DNA from: Photorhabdus cinerea
GTDB taxonomy: Bacteria > Pseudomonadota > Gammaproteobacteria > Enterobacterales > Enterobacteriaceae
DNA length: 18,809 nucleotides
Direction of reading: 5' to 3'
NCBI RefSeq assembly: GCF_011189575.1
Contig: NZ_PUJW01000039.1
Location: 1-18,809 of the forward strand
Shown: positions 6,171-13,056 of the stretch, piece after piece
Numbering within the stretch: the first letter of the stretch is position 1
Layout of the letters: each line of letters starts with the position of its first letter
Position numbers and translations under genes: made by a program
The notes under the pieces: model-generated
Database searches by the model: none
Told to the model about the DNA's origin: nothing
The model's input: only the letters and a program-made list of their open reading frames with translations

Positions 6171-6369
6171 CGTTATTTACTCTCTTATTCCAGGCTTTGA
6201 TTGCCATTTCATGCTGTCGACGGATATCATCATTAATAAACTGGGCTGTTTGTGCATCACAATTGAAGCATCTGACAATTGATGAACGATACGGACAGTC
6301 ATCTTCATATTGCCGAAATACTCCAACATCTTTGCTACCGCAAAACGGGCATGGCTTAATTTCCTTCAT
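6163..6369 (-). CDS. lar: Lar-family restriction-alleviation protein
   Basis: It shows the hallmarks of Lar-family proteins of Rac-type prophages: KPCPFCGSKDV, then CFNCDAQT, then AIKAWNKRVNN. Confidence 0.75.
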   Translation of the reverse strand: MKEIKPCPFCGSKDVGVFRQYEDDCPYRSSIVRCFNCDAQTAQFINDDIRRQHEMAIKAWNKRVNNDE

Positions 6370-6381
6370 ATCAAAAATCCT

Positions 6382-7338
6382 TCATCTCTGTAACTGCTCT
6401 TGAAATACTTTGGCACCATTGATCAGCATATCGTTGAAATCCCCGGCTTCGGGCCAACGAATGCTGACAAGTTCCACATCATTGTTACTCAGAATATTTT
6501 TATTACCACACTCAAACGCCGCAGCAAGCCCTGTCCCGTTACTGTCCCTGTCTGCGAAAATAATTAAGTGTTTCACTCCCTTGGGAGCGCGGAACTTCCG
6601 TAAAAATCCGGCATTCAGAGTTGACCAGGTGTTGCAGCCGTATATCTGTTTGCATGACAATGCTGTTTCTATCCCTTCTGCTATCCCCAAAGTTGAAGAG
6701 ACTGGAAACATGCGGATAGCAATGGAATTAGCAAAGTTCAGATAGTTATCTTCCTGCAATTTCAGCATCCGCTTATTACCGTCAAAATCCGCTTTTTTCT
6801 CTCCGTCTAGTACCGTTCTATGGAGATAACAGCCTGCCCCTTTATCATCCGTAGCAATTGACCAGATAGCCTGCTTATTCCCAAATGGCGTTTTTTCTTC
6901 CGTATTGAAACGAATATGGCCGGACGGTAATTCAAATATGCCGCGATTGAACAAGTAGTGTTGAGCGGCGGTATCGTTTAGCGGGGGTAGTGTTGAAAAT
7001 TTACTGATGACTTTTACACGGATTGTTTGAGTTTCTGGCTGTTGCTGCTTATCATGACCTCGTTTGTAGTTGTAACTGTTTCCTATTAGTGAATCAATTT
7101 CTCTTGCTAATGTCTTGAAATCTTTTCCTTGGGTTAGTTCTAGCAGCTTCCACCCATCACCGGCACCGCAACTACATATCCACGATCCGGTACCGTCCTT
7201 GTCATCGCATCGGTATTTTCCTTTTCGCTTACATGCTGGACACTCTCCTGCATAATGTTTCTTTCCTGTAACATTGGGTAAATCGTAGTATTCAAAAATT
7301 TCAGGCCACCGCCCTCTCACTGCTTCCACTGTTCGCAT
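6382..7338 (-). CDS. DNA primase (primase-helicase-type Zn ribbon plus Toprim domain)
   Basis: CPACKRKGKYRCDDKDGTGSWICSCGAGDGWKLLE matches the Prim_Zn_Ribbon pattern. The C-terminal IAEGIETALS and IIFADRDSNGTG are Toprim E and DxD motifs. The likely start is the ATG at 7338 (MRTVEAVRGRW), after an AGGAG SD. The track N-terminal extension is basic junk that overlaps the helicase gene. Confidence 0.85.
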   Translation of the reverse strand: MRTVEAVRGRWPEIFEYYDLPNVTGKKHYAGECPACKRKGKYRCDDKDGTGSWICSCGAGDGWKLLELTQGKDFKTLAREIDSLIGNSYNYKRGHDKQQQPETQTIRVKVISKFSTLPPLNDTAAQHYLFNRGIFELPSGHIRFNTEEKTPFGNKQAIWSIATDDKGAGCYLHRTVLDGEKKADFDGNKRMLKLQEDNYLNFANSIAIRMFPVSSTLGIAEGIETALSCKQIYGCNTWSTLNAGFLRKFRAPKGVKHLIIFADRDSNGTGLAAAFECGNKNILSNNDVELVSIRWPEAGDFNDMLINGAKVFQEQLQR

Positions 7339-8842
7339 TTTTCTGTTTCTCCTGCATCTTTGCCCACGCGATTTGTTTAGAACGAATGAAGTTGTAAACT
7401 TCCGGTGAGATTTCAATTAAGTGATCGCTTAAGCCGTGCGGCCAGACACCGAACTTTTTCTTGTATGTATGAGCGCACCAGCCATCGGAAATGGGTTTCC
7501 CCTGATTTTCCCGTTCACGCTGATAATATTTAATTTGTGACCACCAGCTTTGTTTCTCTTCCTTGCTGTAAATTCGCTCGTTCTTCCCTAATTTTTTCAG
7601 CCCGCGAGACTCATCAACATCAACGTTCTCACCAGCAAGCGGCTTGAAACCGCATTTCGGGCAAACATAGACGCCAGCCGGTTTCATGTAATGACAGCCA
7701 TGGCATTCTTTCGGGATTTTCTCTTGTTTGACTTTCTCGCTAAAACTTGATGAAGATTTCATGCCATCATTTTTGGATGGCAACTTGTCATACTCAATTT
7801 CATCAGGGAAGCCGAGAAGATGGACGCTGCCACTGTGATCGAATATCAAGCATTTATCTTTGCCCTTCGCTGTTCTCAACCCTCGCCCAAGGCATTGCAC
7901 CCATCTGATTTCTGATTTTGTAGGCCGGGCATAAATGATACAGCGCACGTCACTATCAAACCCGGCAACAAGTACACCGACATTGACGATGATTTTCGTC
8001 GCACCCTGTTCAAACCTGTTAATGATCAACTGCCGCTCATCATGTGGGGTTTCTGCTGTCATCACTTCGGTGTTAATACCAGACTTGTTAAACTCCATCG
8101 TGACATAGTTAGCGTGCTTAACATTCACACAAAAGCAGATTGTTGGCCGGTCCTCGCCGTTCTCCAGCCAGTTCCTGACGATATTGCCCACCAGCGTTGA
8201 ATCGCCCATGATCTGGGCTAGTTGCTCCTCGTTATAGTCATTACCAAAAGCCGCTAAACTTGTTGTTTTCACGCCGGTCAAATCGGGCCTGTCGGGCGCA
8301 TAGAACTCATATTTGCTCAGATCCCCAATGCTAATGAGTTCTTTCATCGTCGTTGGCTTAATCAACTTCTCGTAATATTTACCCATCCACGTCGCAAATG
8401 GCGTTCCTGATAAGCCAACAACTCGAATGTCGCTATCTCTGATAATTTCCAGTAACTTACGGCGCTTCATGTGGGCTTCATCAATGATCAGTAAGTCGAT
8501 GTTGTCTGGAAACTCACGACGAATAAGCGTGTCAGCCGAAGCAATTTGAATTAGTCGATCTGGGTCATGTAGTGGATGATTTCGCCAAACGTAGCTGATT
8601 TGATCTGCTGGCAGTCCGTATTCAACGAACCGGGTCGCAGTCTGATCGAGAAGTACTGTGTACGGGGCTACGAACATCACTCTCATACCATGACTGACAA
8701 ATCCGTCAGCAATAAACGCCGCTATTGCTGTTTTTCCAAAGCCTACACTGGCCGATAATAAAAACGTTCGATGTTTTTTCCAGTCATGACGAAGCATGTT
8801 AAGCGCGGTGACCTGCTTAACCTTCGGTGTTATATTTAACAT
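7301..8842 (-). CDS. SF2 DEAH-box helicase with a C-terminal zinc ribbon (replicative helicase of this module)
   Basis: It has Walker A SASVGFGKT, motif II IIDEAH, and helicase-C motifs (VGVLVAGFD, LGRGLR). It also has CHGCHYMKPAGVYVCPKCG. The likely start is the ATG at 8842 (MLNITPK), after an AAGGA SD. Confidence 0.9.
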   Translation of the reverse strand: MLNITPKVKQVTALNMLRHDWKKHRTFLLSASVGFGKTAIAAFIADGFVSHGMRVMFVAPYTVLLDQTATRFVEYGLPADQISYVWRNHPLHDPDRLIQIASADTLIRREFPDNIDLLIIDEAHMKRRKLLEIIRDSDIRVVGLSGTPFATWMGKYYEKLIKPTTMKELISIGDLSKYEFYAPDRPDLTGVKTTSLAAFGNDYNEEQLAQIMGDSTLVGNIVRNWLENGEDRPTICFCVNVKHANYVTMEFNKSGINTEVMTAETPHDERQLIINRFEQGATKIIVNVGVLVAGFDSDVRCIIYARPTKSEIRWVQCLGRGLRTAKGKDKCLIFDHSGSVHLLGFPDEIEYDKLPSKNDGMKSSSSFSEKVKQEKIPKECHGCHYMKPAGVYVCPKCGFKPLAGENVDVDESRGLKKLGKNERIYSKEEKQSWWSQIKYYQRERENQGKPISDGWCAHTYKKKFGVWPHGLSDHLIEISPEVYNFIRSKQIAWAKMQEKQKNANSGSSERAVA

Positions 8843-8913
8843 ATTGAATCCTTTGAAAGTCGGTTCGGGGTCGCTCGCCAAAGTTTCCGAATCGATTTTT
8901 ATTGATGATTTCG

Positions 8914-9384
8914 CTATGTTTCCTCTTCAAACGTAGCGGGAACAGTGAATGAATCTGTAGCAGCGCTGGCAGGGTTCAATCTGTATTTCACATTTCTTGC
9001 CCGGTTTGATTCAGCAAAAAACAACGCGGTATCTCGTAACTCCCGCTTGCCTTTCCAGAACCCATCCGGGTTTATCTCGTAAACTTTGCTGTACCTGCTG
9101 CGTATCATCCCTGACTCTTTCAGGGTTTTTATCGATCTGTACACCGCACTTTTTGACAAGCCGGTTTGTGATATGAGCGTTGATACATCGACCATCAGCG
9201 CCCCTGTCTCTTTGTCCATGTCCTTGATCATTTTTAAATACAAAATTATTGTTGCGTTATCTCTCTCTTGTGCACATTTAGTAATAAAATCAATACCTTT
9301 GTCGTATGCCTGAATGAATATATGGCCTTTAGTGTCATGATTGGGTATAATTTCAACATCGTGTATTTTTGACTGCTTAGTCAT
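8914..9384 (-). CDS. Winged-helix DNA-binding protein, probable replication initiator / origin-binding protein
   Basis: ISQTGLSKSAVYRSIKTLKESGMI is a clear wHTH. It is the first gene of the helicase-primase module and sits directly downstream of repeated 15-bp boxes. The function is inferred from position. The likely ATG is at 9384, because the track start is TTG. Confidence 0.5.
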   Translation of the reverse strand: MTKQSKIHDVEIIPNHDTKGHIFIQAYDKGIDFITKCAQERDNATIILYLKMIKDMDKETGALMVDVSTLISQTGLSKSAVYRSIKTLKESGMIRSRYSKVYEINPDGFWKGKRELRDTALFFAESNRARNVKYRLNPASAATDSFTVPATFEEET

Positions 9385-9430
9385 CACTTCACCCGCCAAA
9401 TTACTTATAACCCACTGTTTTTAAAGACTT

Positions 9431-9467
9431 TCCCATACTGTGGGACAAATTGTCCCATACTGTGGGA
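9431..9467. repeat. Two exact 15-bp boxes TCCCATACTGTGGGA, 22 bp centre to centre
   Basis: The boxes are at 9431-9445 and 9453-9467. Each is internally palindromic (TCCCA..TGGGA). They lie 47-83 bp upstream of the wHTH gene. Confidence 0.8.
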
Positions 9468-9608
9468 AAAACGCATTTTTAACCTATTGATTTTAAACAT
9501 ATTTTTAAGTCGTCCCTTCTATGATTCTATATGTCAGATTCTGTGACTCGATCCGCCGTTGACCTTGACCTTGTTTTCCGGGTTTTGGCCTTGTGCAAAC
9601 CTCGACTT

Positions 9609-9971
9609 TCAGCACTTACCAGAAAAGAACCCTCCACGGTGTTTAAGCGGCTCCGGTATGGGCTGGTTTTGCTGGATAGTGCCTGTTTTCAGCAACTCAG
9701 TGGGGGTTGTTACATACCCCTGACTGAACGCAGCATATTTCCTGACAAACTCCCTAAGCCGGATATTTGCATGACGCCGTGCGATGTTATCTTTCCGGTA
9801 CGATACCGGCTCTTCATCCCAAGCCGCTTCATACACTTCTGAATAACGCACCGTGATTTTTCCGCGAGTGGACGGATCGAGCTGCAACAGCATTTCTCGA
9901 ATCCATTTTTCATCATCACGAAAGAAATTCGCCGGCATCAAGACATTGACGTGATAGTCGAAACTGTCCAT
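9609..9971 (-). CDS. Hypothetical protein (120 aa) between cII and the replication module
   Basis: A GAGGTG SD precedes the ATG at 9971 (the track start is GTG at 9977). I recognise no family. The frame is open and the composition is protein-like. Confidence 0.6.
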   Translation of the reverse strand: MDSFDYHVNVLMPANFFRDDEKWIREMLLQLDPSTRGKITVRYSEVYEAAWDEEPVSYRKDNIARRHANIRLREFVRKYAAFSQGYVTTPTELLKTGTIQQNQPIPEPLKHRGGFFSGKC

Positions 9972-10016
9972 AATCACCTCGCTATGTTAGGGGAAAGTGA
10001 GAGCTCCCCTATTGAC

Positions 10017-10334
10017 TTATATTTGATTAGCCTCATCTGCTGTAACAGACGGGGCGCTTTCTCTTAAGTGAGATAGCATCTCTTGCAACGCTTTAGCTAT
10101 CTGTGCTGTTTCTTCTCCATGAATGATCACTTCGCTTACAGGGGTTTCAAACCCAATAGCAGCCAGTAACTTAGCGGCTTTAGTAACAAAGCCCGTCTCT
10201 TCTGCTTGCCAGCGGCTTATCTGTGATTGATGCACGCCAACCGCATCAGCAACATGCTTCGGACCGGTAACGATGATCCCCTTTCTTATTCGTGACTCGA
10301 TTTCTTTAGTTTTGCGTTCCATTGCGATATTCAT
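10017..10334 (-). CDS. cII: CII-like transcriptional activator
   Basis: HVADAVGVHQSQISRWQ parallels lambda CII TAEAVGVDKSQISRWK. The size and the position after cro/nutR are as expected. Confidence 0.8.
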   Translation of the reverse strand: MNIAMERKTKEIESRIRKGIIVTGPKHVADAVGVHQSQISRWQAEETGFVTKAAKLLAAIGFETPVSEVIIHGEETAQIAKALQEMLSHLRESAPSVTADEANQI

Positions 10335-10371
10335 TTGTCATACTTTCCTAAATTAATTAAAAAGTTAATAA

Positions 10372-10384
10372 CCCAATAATTGGG
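10372..10384 (-). terminator. Weak tR1-position hairpin
   Basis: The minus strand reads CCCAAT-T-ATTGGG followed by TTATTAACTTTTT, between nutR and cII. The stem is weak and the call is speculative. Confidence 0.3.
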
Positions 10385-10431
10385 CTACGCTCCCCGTTTG
10401 GCAGGGAATCCCTATTGCTTAAACAGGGAAT

Positions 10432-10470
10432 CTACACTTTGTAGCGTAGGACGCGGATTGTTAAAGAGCA
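10432..10470 (-). promoter_or_regulatory. nutR: boxA plus a downstream hairpin (boxB candidate)
   Basis: The minus strand reads TGCTCTTTAACAA (10470-10458), which is identical to the rrn/consensus boxA and starts 7 nt after the cro stop. After 13 nt there is a hairpin, CTACA-AAG-TGTAG (10444-10432). Confidence 0.7.
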
Positions 10471-10476
10471 TGCGAG

Positions 10477-10683
10477 CTATACCGGCTCGCGCGGTTTATT
10501 TACCTGGCTTGGAAACGGCTTAATTTCCTCAGCTTCAATTCGCCCATCACTGTGAACAATTACAGTGATCTTTCTCCCAATAGAGAGAGCTTTGCTAATT
10601 GCGCTTTGGTTAATTCCAAATAAAGCAGCTGTTTCTTCTTGACCATTTTTGGATACAAAATCTGATAACGGAATTCTGTCCAT
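10477..10683 (-). CDS. cro: Cro repressor
   Basis: FGINQSAISKALSIGRKITVIVHSDGRIEAEEIKPFPS closely matches lambda Cro ([38 protein letters not shown]). Confidence 0.9.
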   Translation of the reverse strand: MDRIPLSDFVSKNGQEETAALFGINQSAISKALSIGRKITVIVHSDGRIEAEEIKPFPSQVNKPREPV

Positions 10684-10710
10684 AGGATTCTCCTAAACAA
10701 TAACAACACA

Positions 10711-10786
10711 AGTATCACTCATAGTAATAAAATAGTCAACACTAACGGTGATTTGTAATTATGACTTTAAGTTATAAAATCTAACG
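10711..10786. promoter_or_regulatory. OR region: two lambda-like operators, pR (leftward) and a probable pRM (rightward, leaderless cI)
   Basis: The operators are TATCACTCATAGTAATA (10713-10729) and CAACACTAACGGTGATT (10737-10753). pR on the minus strand is TTGACT (10739-10734), 17 nt, then GATACT (10716-10711). A plus-strand TATAAA at 10773-10778 lies 8 nt before the cI ATG with no SD, which suggests a leaderless transcript as in lambda pRM. Confidence 0.8.
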
Positions 10787-11245
10787 ATGAAGAAGATTCC
10801 ATTGACAGATAGTCAAATTGATGACGCACAACGTCTCAAAGCGATTTATGAAGCGAAGAAAAAAACATTGGGGCTTTCCCAAGATATATTGGCTGAAAAA
10901 ATCGGAATGGGTCAAAGTGGTGTCACGCAATTATTAAATGCAAAAAATGCAATAAATGTATTCCATGCAGCAAAGTTCGCTAAAGTTCTTGAAATCAATA
11001 TTGATGACTTTAGCCCCTCTCTTGCTGCTGAAATCGCAGAATTGGCAAAATATATCGTTGATAAAAATGGAAAGAATGAGATATCTAAACGTTTAACTCA
11101 AGAACAAGAAGAATTGCTTAATATTTATCATGGACTGCCAAGCGAAGAAGCTCAAAAATTTCTACGCGAGATGAAAGCCAAGAAAGCACATTTTGATAAA
11201 ATTTTTGAAGAGATGCTTGCGAAGAGGGGCAGTAAAGCAGGTTAA
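10787..11245 (+). CDS. cI: CI-like repressor: lambda-CI-type HTH domain with a short helical tail and no S24 peptidase domain
   Basis: The first ~90 aa (PLTDSQIDDAQRLKAIYEAKKKTLGLSQDILAEKIGMGQSGVTQLLNAKNAINVFHAAKFAKVLEINIDDFSPSLAAEI) align with the lambda CI NTD. The protein ends at 152 aa, with no Ala-Gly site or Ser/Lys dyad region. Confidence 0.9.
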   Translation: MKKIPLTDSQIDDAQRLKAIYEAKKKTLGLSQDILAEKIGMGQSGVTQLLNAKNAINVFHAAKFAKVLEINIDDFSPSLAAEIAELAKYIVDKNGKNEISKRLTQEQEELLNIYHGLPSEEAQKFLREMKAKKAHFDKIFEEMLAKRGSKAG

Positions 11246-11442
11246 TGATATAAATTTCAAGTGCAAATATTAACGTGTGAAATTGTTACATTTGTCATGT
11301 TTTTAATAATCAAAGTGTTTCCCGTTCGCGGGGATAATGGCTGTCGAGACTATGCAGCCGCATAAATAGCCGCAAGGTATCCATTAACAAGAAACCAAGT
11401 GTGAGATAAAAACCAATTTATTCAATCCAATAGGAATACTTG

Positions 11443-12294
11443 ATGAAAATAAACTTTTATGCGATCTATTCTCAAAATCAGCGCACTAAAGACAAGTACA
11501 AGTTAGATCTGCTAGATTTACTGAATAAAAAAATTATTGAGCCAAAATCTCATGCTTTAGATTGTGAAACTCACCATCTTTATTTACATCGTATTGATGA
11601 CAAAACGTTTCTTTTTACAAAAACCAGTGATAGCGAGTTAATAAAAAAAATTAACAGATCAAATTCCTCTGTGAAAGACATCAGGGACAGCCTTACTGAA
11701 GACGAATCATTAGGGTTTCCCTCTTTTATCTTCATTGACGGGAATGTGATGGGGTTTGCCTCTTCAATGTACGGCCCTAGAACAAGGGAACTAGCTGAAT
11801 TCGTAAAAAATAAAAACCTTATTCAGCATAAACACCACTATATGGTAGCAGAGCCATTGATGAGAGATATGTCAAAAGATGATGCTCTTAAAATGGATTT
11901 CATTGGTAGGACCACACTAAGAGTTGAGACAGGTAACAGAATATGTAGTGAAATACTAAAAGGGTTAGGCTGCAAAAAAATAGAAGAAGAATTACTCGAC
12001 GGGTTGGAAATTATTATAAAACCCAAAAGAAACAAAGATATAAAAGGCATAACTAAAGATATTATAACCAATAAAAACAATTCATTCAGTGATGTTCATA
12101 TCAAAGCCAGAGAAGAGGCGGCAGATATACTAACTGAGTACTATCTCTCTGGCAAAGGACATCTAGGCGCCAACTTATACAAAGCATCCAATGCAGATGT
12201 TGCTGAAGAAATCCAGTATTGCTTCATTCGAATGAAGACATCTATAATAAAAAGTTTTGATCAAACGTTAGGTGATGAGCTGAAACAAACTTAA
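11443..12294 (+). CDS. rexA: RexA homologue
   Basis: The ATG is at 11443 (the track starts at a TTG). HLYLHRIDDKTFLFTKTSDSELIKKINRSNSSVKDIRDSLTEDESLGFPSFIF, FIGRTT, IKPK and DILTEYYLSGKGHL parallel lambda RexA as recalled (YLYIHKIDGKTFLFTKTNDKSLVQKINRSKASVEDIKNSLADDESLGFPSFLF...). It lies downstream of cI, as in lambda. Confidence 0.85.
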   Translation: MKINFYAIYSQNQRTKDKYKLDLLDLLNKKIIEPKSHALDCETHHLYLHRIDDKTFLFTKTSDSELIKKINRSNSSVKDIRDSLTEDESLGFPSFIFIDGNVMGFASSMYGPRTRELAEFVKNKNLIQHKHHYMVAEPLMRDMSKDDALKMDFIGRTTLRVETGNRICSEILKGLGCKKIEEELLDGLEIIIKPKRNKDIKGITKDIITNKNNSFSDVHIKAREEAADILTEYYLSGKGHLGANLYKASNADVAEEIQYCFIRMKTSIIKSFDQTLGDELKQT

Positions 12295-12306
12295 ATAGGG
12301 GGTTAC

Positions 12307-12744
12307 ATGAGTAGAAAACACAAGGTTAGACTAGCCTTTATCCTCATATTAGTACCCTACTTATTAGTGATCTTGGCTTGCTGCGTGTTTAAGCATTACC
12401 AGCCCGAGCTTTCATTCACAAAGAATAGAGAGGTGCTAGGCGCGGCAATGAGTTCTTATGCTGGAACTACAATAGCAATACTGATAGCAGCCCTGACGTT
12501 TGTTATTGGGCTAAGGGGAAGAAATATAGCTAAACTTGAACGCTATGGATACATGACATCTGTAATTATTATGTATTCACTTAGTTTTGTTGAGCTTGGT
12601 ATTCTTTTCTTTACAGGAGTGCTTTTGATGTCGAATCTGGAAGGGATACCTCTGTCATCGATAGCTATAATCATAGCCGCCTCATCCTTCATGCATATCT
12701 GCTTTCTACTAATTCAACTATTTAATTTCTCTAAAGAACAATAA
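12307..12744 (+). CDS. rexB: RexB homologue (4-TM membrane protein)
   Basis: SSYAGTTIAILIAALTFVIGLRGRNIAKLERYGYMTSVIIMYSLSFVELGILFF parallels lambda RexB (SSYAGTMIAILIAALTFLIGSRTRRLAKIREYGYMTSVVIVYALSFVELGALFF). It is 145 aa with four hydrophobic helices. Confidence 0.85.
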   Translation: MSRKHKVRLAFILILVPYLLVILACCVFKHYQPELSFTKNREVLGAAMSSYAGTTIAILIAALTFVIGLRGRNIAKLERYGYMTSVIIMYSLSFVELGILFFTGVLLMSNLEGIPLSSIAIIIAASSFMHICFLLIQLFNFSKEQ

Positions 12745-12752
12745 ATTCTAAT

Positions 12753-12777
12753 AAGCCACCCACCCGGTGGCTTTTTT
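12753..12777 (+). terminator. Rho-independent terminator of the cI-rexA-rexB operon
   Basis: AAGCCACC-CACCC-GGTGGCTT followed by TTTTT. Confidence 0.8.
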
Positions 12778-12857
12778 ATGCCCTCCCCCGCCAAATCAGC
12801 TCAAATCTCCCCATCCAGAAAAATTTTTTCAAAATAAATTGTCTGTAAAAACAAGGT

Positions 12858-12923
12858 TATCACTCATAGTAATAAAATATTATCACCGTTAGTGTTGACT
12901 ATTTTATTACTATGAGTGATACT
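12858..12923 (+). promoter_or_regulatory. OL region with three operators and pL (rightward)
   Basis: The operators are TATCACTCATAGTAATA (12858-12874), TATCACCGTTAGTGTTG (12881-12897, close to lambda OL1 TATCACCGCCAGTGGTA) and TATTACTATGAGTGATA (12905-12921). pL is TTGACT (12895-12900), 17 nt, then GATACT (12918-12923). GATACT is also the lambda pL -10. Confidence 0.85.
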
Positions 12924-13056
12924 TCAATCATCAAAGGCACACAAGATAGCGAACAGGCAAGGAAAGCCCACGAAGTAGCCGCTACCGGCGTATGAAAAGG
13001 TAGATGATTCGCAAGTGCTAAGAAACAGACGCAACGAACAATAGAGGATAGTCACG

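Noticed and set aside
9531-9842. Plus-strand 103-aa ORF, and the nested 9710-9919 minus ORF
   Set aside because: Both overlap the better-supported minus-strand gene 9609-9971 or the ori-like region. They have no SD, and the plus-strand orientation conflicts with the pR operon.
9988-10007. Hairpin GGGGA-N10-TCCCC between cII and orf120
   Set aside because: It has a large loop, no U-tract on either strand, and it overlaps the SD region spacing. This is insufficient for a terminator call.
11315-11340. CRISPR array
   Set aside because: Only one repeat-like unit is present. There is no second copy or spacer periodicity anywhere in the window, so it is reported only as a solitary repeat candidate and not as a CRISPR feature.
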